Below, piece by piece: positions 9,523 through 19,522 of a stretch of 64,000 nucleotides of DNA. The DNA lies in assembly GCA_963666285.1 (NCBI GenBank), contig OY762711.1; one strand, 5' to 3'. The translations under genes and the position numbers were made by a program. Numbering within the stretch: the first letter of the stretch is position 1; every line of letters begins with the position of its first letter. Below the pieces are notes generated by a model. It worked only from the letters and a program-made list of their open reading frames with translations. It ran no database searches and had not been told where the DNA came from. The DNA is from Sedimentisphaerales bacterium. GTDB taxonomy: Bacteria; Planctomycetota; Phycisphaerae; Sedimentisphaerales; SM23-30.

Positions 9523-11715
9523 ATGTGGATTATGAGTAAAAAAGATGGGAAGAAATATTGTGATGTTCTGCATGGATTTATAGGCAATATAAATAAACAC
9601 CGACCTTCAGTTTTTTACCAGATAGGACTGCTCATTACAGCCTTTGTTATGATCTTACTGCCGGTAATATACATCTGTATGATAATAGGAGTAGGCATTC
9701 TCCTGTACCTGCATGCTATGAACTTTGAAAATATTGCATCAATCAGCGGCAGTGCCAGGATAAACGGCAGAGCCATTATACTGCTTTATCTGGGACCGCT
9801 CGCTGTCGGCGTTGCAGTACTTATTTTAATGATAAAGCCGCTATTTGTTCGCCGCCCCAAAAGGAATGAGCCTTTCGTCGCCCGACCGGAAGCCGAACCG
9901 CTTCTGCATGAATTTATCCAGGCTGTCTGCAAACAGATCGGCGCTCCTGTGCCTAAGAAAGTTTATATCGACCTTGAGGTAAACGCCTCTGCAAGTTTCA
10001 TTAAACACCCTTTTGCATTAAGAGGAAGAGGGCTGGCACTTACCATCGGGCTGCCGCTGCTGGCATGTATGAACCTGAGAATGCTTGCAGGTGTACTCGC
10101 TCATGAATTTGGTCATTTCTCACAAGAAATGGGAATGCGGCTAAGCTATATAATCAATTCCGTCAATATATGGTTTGCCATGGTAGTTTACCAGCGAGAT
10201 AACTGGGATATCTGGCTAAAAGATGCTGCCTCCAGCGACAGCTATTATATAATTATTATCGCACAGATCGCCAGGCTTATGGTTTTTCTAACCAGGCGAA
10301 TCCTATGGCTGCTAATGATGCTGGGCCATGTCATAAGCAGTTTTATGAGTCGCCAAATGGAATACGATGCCGATCGCTATCAGGCGAAACTTACAGGAAG
10401 TGATTTCTTTGAGGAAACCTCACTTGCATTATACATTACAAGTTGCGCGAACAATAAGGCACTGGATGACATCGGTGAATCATGGTCTCAAAAGAAGCTG
10501 TGCAATGATATAGCATCCTTATCCAAATATATATGCAGTAAAATGCCGGACGGGATGAAGAAAGCTATAAAAAACAATGTACTGGAGAGCAGTGTTGGAT
10601 TATTTGCTACTCACCCTTCTACTCCCAACCGCATCGAACGCGCTGTCTCATATGAAGAACCTGGAATTTTTTCTGATTCCAGACCGGCACATATACTATT
10701 GAGCAACATTCAAAAAGTTTCACAATATCTAACAAAAAAATACTACCAGAACGCCCTGGGACCGCTTTTCAATGAACAATACCTTGTATCTTTCAACGAC
10801 TTTATCGGGGTAAAAGCTATCGACCACCAGGACAACATGGCATATTCATCCTTCTTTTATAATATTATCGACCTGGATAACCCGCTGCCGCTTGATGTTA
10901 AACTGCCGAAAAACATATCAGATTTATCACTGGCCGTAAAAGAGCTTAATGTACTTTGCAGCCAGATAGAAAAACAGCTGGAAAATGCCCAAAAAGCACG
11001 TGAAGAGTTTGACAGGCTGGAAAATGATATACATAAATTCCACCGCATTAAAGCCCTGGTTGAAAGCGGGTATGAATATACCGACGAAAAATATGGCAAA
11101 TTCCCGGCAAATAAGTCTGCCAATGTACAGATAGTAATCGACACGCTATGCCACAAACAAATCAGGCATAAAGACACTATAGCTGAATTTGCAGTTATGG
11201 TTGCCAAAAGACTCACCTTGTCACTGCATCTGGCAAATGCCGGCAAGTTCGCTGACAAGCATAAAGATGACAAATTTGCCGCAAAGGTGAAAGCTATTAC
11301 CAGTAATATGAAAGTAATTTCACACTGTTTTGCCGATATAAGAGAAATGCAGGTTCTGGCTTCACAGATCGACACATTGTTCCAGTATATGGAAGGTCAC
11401 GAATCGGAACCGGCTATAATAAGCAGCATAAGCAGCAGGCTGGAAATTGTCAAAAAGAGACTGAACTCAATATATACAAAGCTCAAAGACACCAGATACC
11501 CTTTCAGCCATGCGACAAAAGATATATCTATCGGTGACTATACTTTCAATATCAATTCTATCACAGGTGATGAAAGCCAACTCCCAAATGCAGTCAGTGA
11601 CGCAATATCAAATACACACAAACTTTATACTAAACTACTGGGCAGGCTGGCACTATTGACAATTTCAGCAGAAAAAGCCTGCGGATATAAAATGACCGAA
11701 CAAAAGTCGGCATAA
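9523..11715 (+). CDS. M48 family (HtpX/Ste24-like) membrane zinc metallopeptidase with long C-terminal extension
   Basis: N-terminal TM helices; VNASA, LAHEFGH (HExxH), SRQMEYDAD, FATHPSTPNRI. Confidence 0.85.
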   Translation: MWIMSKKDGKKYCDVLHGFIGNINKHRPSVFYQIGLLITAFVMILLPVIYICMIIGVGILLYLHAMNFENIASISGSARINGRAIILLYLGPLAVGVAVLILMIKPLFVRRPKRNEPFVARPEAEPLLHEFIQAVCKQIGAPVPKKVYIDLEVNASASFIKHPFALRGRGLALTIGLPLLACMNLRMLAGVLAHEFGHFSQEMGMRLSYIINSVNIWFAMVVYQRDNWDIWLKDAASSDSYYIIIIAQIARLMVFLTRRILWLLMMLGHVISSFMSRQMEYDADRYQAKLTGSDFFEETSLALYITSCANNKALDDIGESWSQKKLCNDIASLSKYICSKMPDGMKKAIKNNVLESSVGLFATHPSTPNRIERAVSYEEPGIFSDSRPAHILLSNIQKVSQYLTKKYYQNALGPLFNEQYLVSFNDFIGVKAIDHQDNMAYSSFFYNIIDLDNPLPLDVKLPKNISDLSLAVKELNVLCSQIEKQLENAQKAREEFDRLENDIHKFHRIKALVESGYEYTDEKYGKFPANKSANVQIVIDTLCHKQIRHKDTIAEFAVMVAKRLTLSLHLANAGKFADKHKDDKFAAKVKAITSNMKVISHCFADIREMQVLASQIDTLFQYMEGHESEPAIISSISSRLEIVKKRLNSIYTKLKDTRYPFSHATKDISIGDYTFNINSITGDESQLPNAVSDAISNTHKLYTKLLGRLALLTISAEKACGYKMTEQKSA

Positions 11716-11736
11716 TAAAGCCTTACGACAATTAAT

Positions 11737-11765
11737 GCAGGGGACCGCTCAGCGGCATTCCTTGC
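11737..11765. terminator. GC-rich hairpin between convergent genes (terminator or REP-like)
   Basis: GCAGGGGACCGCT-C-AGCGGCATTCCTTGC imperfect inverted repeat. Confidence 0.4.
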
Positions 11766-11837
11766 CTAAAACCTGAAAACTAATGCTGATCTCAAAACTA
11801 AACCATAGGCCGATATGAGTTAATTATGCTATTGAAT

Positions 11838-13928
11838 TTATTCCAGCCAGTTTTCTGCCAGTTGTGAAATTTCATAAAGATTGGTAATGCAGTTTCCGTC
11901 CAGATCAAATACTGACGACAGAAGACAATCATTCAGCAGCCAGAGATTAGATAATTCTGCCAGGTCACTAACAGAAACTGTTCCGCTATTGTCAAAGTCA
12001 CCGTATGATCCGGTAAACCAGGGCGACAGGTAAATACCATCAATTACCTGCTGAGTTATTCCCGGACCGGACCAGGCAACCGCCAGGTTATCTCCACCGG
12101 TACCTTCTTTATGCAAAACTTCAATATAATATTTATTTCCTGCTGTAAGAGTTATAACAGCAGATTTCTGCTCTGGAAATTTATCCCAGATACCGGAATT
12201 GGTCCAGCCTGGAACATTTGCGATTAGTAAAGCATTACCCGGAGTACCGTCAGAACTTAACCACAATTCACAGTTATCATCACCGGCGACCCAGAAGGTA
12301 TAATCACCTGTCGCAGGAGGATACAGATAACCTCTGATACGTGTACCGTATTCATTAGTCCAGTTTGTCGGACCTTCAAGGCTGGTAATCTGTTCGCTAA
12401 TGAAAGGCGTATCAGGATAATCTGAAATTGAAGTCAAATCATTTATTGTTGTTCCAGAAATGCCGATCCATACTTCACGCAGAATCGAACCTAACGCAGT
12501 AACAGGTATGACTACAGGCTCTCTATTGGAACCGGCAGATTCATTCTGTGAAGTATCAAACGCAGTTATCACATAATAATATGTTTCGCCGCCAACTGCG
12601 GTATTATCAATATATTCTGAAACAGCTGCATCAGTAGAATTCAACTTTGTGTAGCCATTGTCATAACTTAACGAACGATAAACATTATAGCCGGCCAGAT
12701 CATCCTCACTGTTATCATCCCAGTCAAGTTTAACAGCAACACTTTCCAGCTGAACGGCCAGACCAGTTGGTGCAGTAGGAGCTGTTATGTCGCTGCCGGG
12801 AGGAGCTAACGCAGGACCGCCTGTCAACGCTCTAACATTGTCCTGATCCATAACCGCATTGGTATAGCGATTAAGCAGCCCCCCGCCATCCAGGGCACCA
12901 TTGTCCCAATAGAAACAATGAATTCCTCGACTGGTAGCAGAATCAAGAATGTATTTATTAAAATATGTCCGTGACGCAAGATGCAAATCCTCATCATCAC
13001 CAGTTAGATCCGAATACGAAGAAGATGTTCGCCTCGTACTGCCAAATTCACCAAGTAATACCGGAATACCCTGACTTACAAACTTGTCTGCCATCATCTG
13101 GAATCGCTGGTCTGCAAAGTCCTCTTCACCCCAGGTGCAGTTGCGAGAAGGCAAAGTGTCAGAATGATAATCCTGACCCCAAAAGTAAAACATATCACCC
13201 CAGCTTACATCTTCCGTCAGACCGCAAAACTGCCATGGAGTATAATAGTGAACTTCCACCATCAAGCGGCCAACCGTCGAATCTACAGGCAGTTCATTCA
13301 TTAATTCATATGTTTTGTCAATATCAGTGTTAGGACCCTGCACTACCAGCCAGCGAGTAGAATTGCTGCCGCCGGTAGCACGAACTGCATCAACAAAAGT
13401 CTGTTCATATACCAGCAAGGTAGCCATTTTAGCTGCCGTATCTGCATTTGGCTCATTACATCCGGCAAATAGTAAACGGTCATCGTAATTGATAAAGACA
13501 TTAGCCACCTGGGTCCAGTAAGCATATTGCTTTGCATTGATCGTTGAATCCACCGAATTGCCAATATTATTTTCCAGCCAGCCATTATCCCAGTGGCAGT
13601 TGATAAGAACATGGAGATTTGCGGCATAACAATAGTCAACCACCTCTTTCACCCGCGCAAGCCAATCCGGATCAATCGCATACGTTGCCTGGTTGGCATG
13701 ACTATCCAACGCAACTGGAATCCGAACAGCATTGAAGCCGGCAGCAGCAACCGCATTTATTAGTTCCTGAGTTACCGGAGGATTATTCCAGGTACCCTCG
13801 CCGCTGGGCGGCTCTAATGTATTTCCAAGATTCCAGCCATAGGTCGGAGTTGGCAGCTGGGCAAAAGAAAACAGCGGAAAAGTCAATAGACTTACGAACG
13901 ATAAGACCAGTATATACAACTTATTAAT
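11838..13928 (-). CDS. Secreted GH5 endoglucanase/xyloglucanase-like enzyme + FN3 + PA14 + dockerin-like module
   Basis: GWNLGNTLE, NEP (acid/base), VHYY, LGEFG (nucleophile), YWDNG; FN3 (LDWDDN..GYNVYRS); PA14 (GDDNCELWLS, HKEGTGGD); C-terminal GDFDNSGTV..WL/DLDGNC..WL; start probably ATT at 13928 (see findings). Confidence 0.88.
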   Translation of the reverse strand: MNKLYILVLSFVSLLTFPLFSFAQLPTPTYGWNLGNTLEPPSGEGTWNNPPVTQELINAVAAAGFNAVRIPVALDSHANQATYAIDPDWLARVKEVVDYCYAANLHVLINCHWDNGWLENNIGNSVDSTINAKQYAYWTQVANVFINYDDRLLFAGCNEPNADTAAKMATLLVYEQTFVDAVRATGGSNSTRWLVVQGPNTDIDKTYELMNELPVDSTVGRLMVEVHYYTPWQFCGLTEDVSWGDMFYFWGQDYHSDTLPSRNCTWGEEDFADQRFQMMADKFVSQGIPVLLGEFGSTRRTSSSYSDLTGDDEDLHLASRTYFNKYILDSATSRGIHCFYWDNGALDGGGLLNRYTNAVMDQDNVRALTGGPALAPPGSDITAPTAPTGLAVQLESVAVKLDWDDNSEDDLAGYNVYRSLSYDNGYTKLNSTDAAVSEYIDNTAVGGETYYYVITAFDTSQNESAGSNREPVVIPVTALGSILREVWIGISGTTINDLTSISDYPDTPFISEQITSLEGPTNWTNEYGTRIRGYLYPPATGDYTFWVAGDDNCELWLSSDGTPGNALLIANVPGWTNSGIWDKFPEQKSAVITLTAGNKYYIEVLHKEGTGGDNLAVAWSGPGITQQVIDGIYLSPWFTGSYGDFDNSGTVSVSDLAELSNLWLLNDCLLSSVFDLDGNCITNLYEISQLAENWLE

Positions 13929-14182
13929 CTCTTCAACCTCCTACTCAACAGCATTTTCTATCTGAGAAAGTGAGCTATCAGATACCCGCTTTCAAAAATA
14001 GTATTCATAACAATTCAAAAAGATATTTTACAAAAAATGGTACATATTATTCAAGAAGAAACGTTTTTTGGCGGTTGAGATGCAAGAAATGGCTGAAAAT
14101 GAACGATAAAAAAGCTCATTCTAATTTCAAAAATCAGAATAAGCTCTATAAACACTTTGATATCAACTATTTGAAAACAATA

Positions 14183-15379
14183 CTACCTCAAAGCCTCCAG
14201 CCAGTTCTGAGCCAGATATTCAATATCATCTAAATTTACAATGGTATCACAGCTGATATCAGCCCCATAACAGCAACCTGGATAATCCAGCCATTCAGCA
14301 GCTATTGCAGCAAAGTCAGATAAATCAACTTCATAGTCAATATCAACATCACCAAGAATCGGTGAAGCGGTTAAAACATCACCATGTAAAAAGAAAACTA
14401 ACTCATTATTCAAAAGCGTCTTGTAACAATCTCCATCAACATAAAATGCCGCTCCATCATCATAGGCATAATGCCCCATTGTACAGACATAAGCCGCTAA
14501 CTCTTGTGCCTGCCCGCCTGAACCGCTACTGGCAGATACAAACCTTAACATAAATGCATAGTTTCTATTTGGTAAAAGATACTGATCGATGAAATCGAAA
14601 GTCAAATACCATGTCTGATATGAGCCGAGCTCAGATGGCAATTTAGCTGTTGGTGAAAGAAATGTACCGGCAAGCCTGGAATCTGTAGGATGATAATATC
14701 CATAACCTATATATAAAACCACAACTTTATCACTAATATCAACACCGGACGTCTTAATCTTAAGTGTGACTTTGTCGAGCTTTACAGGCTGTGTAAATCT
14801 AAATGTCTGACCGTAATTTGTCTCAGTACCCTGGCCGCGATCCCACTTTACCAGAAGCGGCGAACTGCCTGGGTCGTTATCATAGCTAATAAGAATATCA
14901 TCAGAAGCCGGCGGAAGTTCAGATTTGAAAATAGACATCATCCACGACGGACCAAGTACCTCAATACTGCCAGAACCTTCTATAGGTTCATGGATTGTAT
15001 TACCCTGTGTATCTGATAAAATAACTGTACCAGAAATAGAACCGACAACGGTAGTACCAATATAAGGAGTTAATTCAGGACTGCCGACTACATCATCCCA
15101 ATCAAAATTGATCAGATAAACCTCATCAACGGTACAATATCTAACTGCATATGCATCAGTAATTTGCGTACCATCAAAAGCAAGGGTTAACTGAAAATCG
15201 TCAATATAATAGCCTGCAGGCATACTTTTGTGTACAATTGCAAGCAGATCTTCCTGACTACCTAAAGTGTTAAGTACAAACTTATCAGGGCTAAACAGCA
15301 AATCATCTGCAAATAAAGACAAGTAAGGGAATAAAAATATAACCACAACATATTTGAAATATTTTCCTGGAACAAACAT
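14183..15379 (-). CDS. Secreted hypothetical protein with C-terminal dockerin-like (paired EF-hand) module
   Basis: Signal peptide; C-terminus GDVDIDYEVDLSDFAAIAAEWL ... ADISCDTIVNLDDIEYLAQNWL. Confidence 0.7.
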   Translation of the reverse strand: MFVPGKYFKYVVVIFLFPYLSLFADDLLFSPDKFVLNTLGSQEDLLAIVHKSMPAGYYIDDFQLTLAFDGTQITDAYAVRYCTVDEVYLINFDWDDVVGSPELTPYIGTTVVGSISGTVILSDTQGNTIHEPIEGSGSIEVLGPSWMMSIFKSELPPASDDILISYDNDPGSSPLLVKWDRGQGTETNYGQTFRFTQPVKLDKVTLKIKTSGVDISDKVVVLYIGYGYYHPTDSRLAGTFLSPTAKLPSELGSYQTWYLTFDFIDQYLLPNRNYAFMLRFVSASSGSGGQAQELAAYVCTMGHYAYDDGAAFYVDGDCYKTLLNNELVFFLHGDVLTASPILGDVDIDYEVDLSDFAAIAAEWLDYPGCCYGADISCDTIVNLDDIEYLAQNWLEALR

Positions 15380-15514
15380 AATTTATCTCCGTAATAAAGA
15401 TACACATTAAAAAATCGTAAGTTCAAGATAATATTTCGAGTTCTGTAAATAATTACATATACCACTATATTAGCAACGGGATATATAAGTCAACAAAAAT
15501 ATGGAGCAAAACAA

Positions 15515-16339
15515 ATGAATATTGGCAATAAAACCCCCAAATATGTGCACGGGTATTCAACAGTAGAAAATCAACGCCTCCAGGATCAGGCATCAACACT
15601 GGCGGAATTGCTTCATAACGACAGTATATATGAACCTGGTTCACTAATACTTGAAGCAGGCTGCGGGGTAAGATGCCAGACTGTTACTATTGCCGGACAA
15701 AATCCGGATAGCCATTTTGTGTCTATCGATATTTCGCAGGAATCAATAGATAAAGCAAAAGAGCGTGTCCGTAATGCAGAACTAACAAATGTTACCCTGG
15801 CACAAGCTGATATTTTCAATTTGCCATTCGAAGCTAAAAAGTTTGACCATATATTTCTCTGTTTTGTTCTGGAACATCTACCCGAGCCGGATAAGGCACT
15901 GGAAAAACTCATGAGAGTTTTAAGACCGGGAGGCACACTGACAGCAATTGAAGGCGATCACGGTTCTACATTTTTTCACCCACATAGCGAGGCCGCACAT
16001 AAAGCAATTAAATGCCTGGTAGAGTTACAAAAGCTCCCGGGCGGAAACGCTAATATCGGCAGAGAACTGTACCCGCTACTGTCAAGTACCGGGCTCAGTA
16101 ATGTCAGAGTATCGCCCCGTATGGTATATGTAGATTCCAGTAAACCTGAACTGGTAGATGGTTTCACAAAGAAGACCTTTGCCGCCATGATCGAAGGTGT
16201 TCGTGAAGATACCGTCAGCAAAGGCATGCTCTCAACAGAAGAATTTAACCAGGGCATCACAGACCTATACAGAGCCGCCGAAGATGACGGGGTATTCTGC
16301 TACACTTTCTTTAAGGCAAGAGGGATAAAAAGAAACTAG
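15515..16339 (+). CDS. Class I SAM-dependent methyltransferase
   Basis: ILEAGCGV motif I, SIDIS, ADIFNLPF, FDHIF, VLRPGG. Confidence 0.9.
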   Translation: MNIGNKTPKYVHGYSTVENQRLQDQASTLAELLHNDSIYEPGSLILEAGCGVRCQTVTIAGQNPDSHFVSIDISQESIDKAKERVRNAELTNVTLAQADIFNLPFEAKKFDHIFLCFVLEHLPEPDKALEKLMRVLRPGGTLTAIEGDHGSTFFHPHSEAAHKAIKCLVELQKLPGGNANIGRELYPLLSSTGLSNVRVSPRMVYVDSSKPELVDGFTKKTFAAMIEGVREDTVSKGMLSTEEFNQGITDLYRAAEDDGVFCYTFFKARGIKRN

Positions 16340-16360
16340 ATTTTCAACATATAATATACC

Positions 16361-16573
16361 ATGAAAAACAATAACACAATAACCGAAAAAGACCGCATGC
16401 TAGCCAAACAATGCCTGAAATGCCCGGTATGCAACCACGCTCGGAAGAAACAAAAAGGCATTTTATTCTGGTTTGTCAAAAAGCTGGAAAGTTCTGTCTG
16501 CCCGGCATGCAAGGCATATGAGAAAGTATACGGCAAAAAGGCTCATGAAAAAATCACTAATGAAGAATCATGA
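16361..16573 (+). CDS. Small Cys-rich (CxxCxxC...CxxC) hypothetical protein, possibly metal-binding
   Basis: CLKCPVC and CPAC motifs; 21 nt downstream of the methyltransferase on the same strand. Confidence 0.7.
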   Translation: MKNNNTITEKDRMLAKQCLKCPVCNHARKKQKGILFWFVKKLESSVCPACKAYEKVYGKKAHEKITNEES

Positions 16574-16619
16574 AAAAAACAGCCGAAAAAAAGGGCTTTA
16601 AAAACCATTTTAAAATGTT

Positions 16620-18269
16620 TTAAACCGTTTCGCCAGAAGTTTCACCACTGGATGTAGATGTCGAAGTCGGCAAACTGATTGTAAAGGTAGTACCCTCACC
16701 TGCTTTACTTTCAACTGCTACTATGCCACCATGTTCTTCAACTATTTTCTTTACCACAGCCAGGCCAAGTCCGGTTCCGCCGTGTCCTTTACTGGAATGG
16801 AAAGCGGTAAAAATATCTTCCTGGTGATCTTTTTCGATACCCGGACCATTATCTGAAACTGTCAGAATTGCAACATTCTTGGCAGCACTGAAATATGTCT
16901 TAACTGTGATAACACCTTCACCTGATTTCAGAATATCAAATGCATTTAAGATAAGGTTTAGCAGAACCTGCTGGATACCATCTGAATCCATAGGTATAGC
17001 CGGCAGATGATCGTCCAGGTCTGAGAATAAACCAACACCTTTCTGCTGAGCAGTTTCGCTAAGCAGCTCTACCGACTCGGTCACAAGATGGTTCAGCTGA
17101 GACATCTCCTTATTAGGCTTGCGAACTTTACTAAAAGCAAGCATATTGAGCATGAGGTTCTGTACCCTGGTAAGATTTCGCTTAATTACACGCCAGCCTT
17201 TGGCGGACATTTCAACATTATCCTTTTTGAAACCCATATCAACCAGGTCAGCAGCACTTTGCATACCCTGAAGAATATTTTTGATACCATGCGAAATATA
17301 AGCTACTGTTTCACCGGTCGCTGCCAGCCTTTCAGCTTTTACCCCGCTTTGGTACAAACGGGCATTTTCTATTGCCAGACCGGTTTGGTATCCAATAGCG
17401 GTTAGAAGTTCGAGTTGTTCGCCGGCATAGGTATTGGTCGCCATTGTTGTATCAACATAAATTACACCCATTATATTGTTGCGTACCGCAATAGGCACAC
17501 ACAACGCGGAACGTATCGCCAGATTATGAACACTTTCACCCTTGGAAAATCTTGGATCACGCATGGCGTTGGTACAAATTACACCCTCACGTTTTTCCAT
17601 CGCATGCTCAACGATTGTATGGCTTACTGCTACTTTATCACTTTCTGCCTGTTCTTTATCACGGAAGCGGACTGCCACCGGGATAAGCGGCTGATCTTCC
17701 TGCTCGCACAACAGGATAAAACCGCGGTCAGCCGGGAGATTATCAAAGACAATGTCCATTACCTTTTCAAGAAGCTGCTCTTCATCAAAAATCGAACTGA
17801 TAGTGGTAGAAAGCTCATATAAAAGACGAAGATTACCAACCGCAGATGATGTTTCCGGTCCCGCAATAATTACCGAGTCGTCAAGCCCGGGAGTTGTTGC
17901 CATAATGGAAGATTCGATCAGATTACCGTCAGCGTCTATTTGCAGACCACCCGGGTCACCTGAAATACCGGAAGCTGTCTTTTTCTGACCAAATACAATC
18001 AGAGTAGCTCCACATCGGATCTGGTCACCCTGCTTAAGCTCCATAAAACCGGAAAGTTTAACACCATTTACATATGTACCGTTAGCACTGCCAAGGTCGC
18101 GTATTACCCAGCTGTCATCTGCCTTACTGATAAGCTCGGCATGACGACGGGACACGGTATTATCGGTAAGTGGAATATCCGGGCTGTTTCGCCCGACAAT
18201 CAGGGGCGATTCATTTACCTGGAAGGTCTTACCTTTATCTGAGCCTTGTGATATATAAAGTGTCGGCAA
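16620..18269 (-). CDS. Cytoplasmic FHA-GAF histidine kinase
   Basis: FHA (IVGR, VSRRHA, DLGSANGTYVNG); GAF (SALCVPI..MGVIYVD); H-box ISHGIKN; DNGPGI, GGTGLGL. Confidence 0.9.
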   Translation of the reverse strand: MPTLYISQGSDKGKTFQVNESPLIVGRNSPDIPLTDNTVSRRHAELISKADDSWVIRDLGSANGTYVNGVKLSGFMELKQGDQIRCGATLIVFGQKKTASGISGDPGGLQIDADGNLIESSIMATTPGLDDSVIIAGPETSSAVGNLRLLYELSTTISSIFDEEQLLEKVMDIVFDNLPADRGFILLCEQEDQPLIPVAVRFRDKEQAESDKVAVSHTIVEHAMEKREGVICTNAMRDPRFSKGESVHNLAIRSALCVPIAVRNNIMGVIYVDTTMATNTYAGEQLELLTAIGYQTGLAIENARLYQSGVKAERLAATGETVAYISHGIKNILQGMQSAADLVDMGFKKDNVEMSAKGWRVIKRNLTRVQNLMLNMLAFSKVRKPNKEMSQLNHLVTESVELLSETAQQKGVGLFSDLDDHLPAIPMDSDGIQQVLLNLILNAFDILKSGEGVITVKTYFSAAKNVAILTVSDNGPGIEKDHQEDIFTAFHSSKGHGGTGLGLAVVKKIVEEHGGIVAVESKAGEGTTFTISLPTSTSTSSGETSGETV

Positions 18270-18344
18270 ATTAACTTATTCCGTTATTATTTGGGATTCT
18301 ATTTTTTTACTGCAAAATACCACCAATTTCGCAGGATTTATTCA

Positions 18345-19232
18345 TTACATATACTTGTCTATCAGCAAACCAAGGTCTTCCCTGGTCTTAGCCGGCATTT
18401 TTGACTTATCAGACCATATAGCCAGATCCAGTGAGCTATGATGCTCACAGGCCTGATCTAACAAAGGACCGGCCTTAGACACTGCTGCCTTTATCATTGC
18501 AATGGCATTATTAGTTGCTTCATTGAGATTGTCAATAATCTCTGCAATGAGCTTATTTTTATCGATATCGCCTTCCGGCTCCTTCCAGCAATCATAGTCT
18601 GTCGGTAAAGCAAGTAAAGCATAACACATTTCTGCTTCTCGAGCCAACCGAGCTTCAGGCATACTGGTCATGCCAATTAAATGAGCCCCCCAACTGCGAT
18701 GCAATAGTGATTCTGCGCGAGTGGAAAACTGAGGGCCTTCCATACAAACATAAGTCGCCGAATCATGTACTGTTGTATCGACCTGATCAGAAACAGAGAT
18801 CAACAATTTTCTTACTTTCTCACAGAATGGCCATGCAAAATCTACATGAGCAACAATTCCATCATCAAAAAAAGTATTGTCTCGCTTAAATGTTTTATCA
18901 ATAACCTGATCTGGAATTACCAGGTGTTTGGGAGCCATCTCTTCCACTAGCGAACCTACTGCTCCACTAGCAATAATATGGGTCACCCCCAGCATCTTAA
19001 GTGCGTATATGTTTGCCTTATAAGGAATTACAGACGGACAATACATATGCCCCCTGCCATGACGCGACAAAAACGCTATGGGAACACCATCAATTTCAGA
19101 GGTAATTATCGGAGCTGAAGGCTTACCAAACGGCGTATCAAGATAGTGCTCTTCGCCGGAAGTCTGCTCGGTCATTGCCTGCCCCAACCCAGACCCCCCT
19201 ATGATACCTATGCGAGGTTTTACTGATGACAT
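18345..19232 (-). CDS. mtnP: S-methyl-5'-thioadenosine phosphorylase
   Basis: IGIIGGSG, TPFG, RHG, AVGSL, MEGPQFSTRAES, IGMT, TDYDCW. Confidence 0.92.
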   Translation of the reverse strand: MSSVKPRIGIIGGSGLGQAMTEQTSGEEHYLDTPFGKPSAPIITSEIDGVPIAFLSRHGRGHMYCPSVIPYKANIYALKMLGVTHIIASGAVGSLVEEMAPKHLVIPDQVIDKTFKRDNTFFDDGIVAHVDFAWPFCEKVRKLLISVSDQVDTTVHDSATYVCMEGPQFSTRAESLLHRSWGAHLIGMTSMPEARLAREAEMCYALLALPTDYDCWKEPEGDIDKNKLIAEIIDNLNEATNNAIAMIKAAVSKAGPLLDQACEHHSSLDLAIWSDKSKMPAKTREDLGLLIDKYM

Positions 19233-19522
19233 TCTAATCCTTTCGAATGCGTATTTTCAACTAGATTACATACGTTAATCGACCTAAAGCCATTAGAAAA
19301 AACGACTTATGCCCTGAAGTGCCTCTTGTGTACATTACAAATGTCCACCGAAAAACTTGCATTCCAACTTTCACAGCTCGTAATGTAATTAAATTTACAG
19401 AATTACCAGCTTAAGTCGACAACATTATAGCAAAACAGGAATTGTAATTGCTTTGGTACCAATAATCAAGCCTGTAATACCTAAATATCAAGCATATCTT
19501 CCTTTTTGCCTGACATTTTAAT

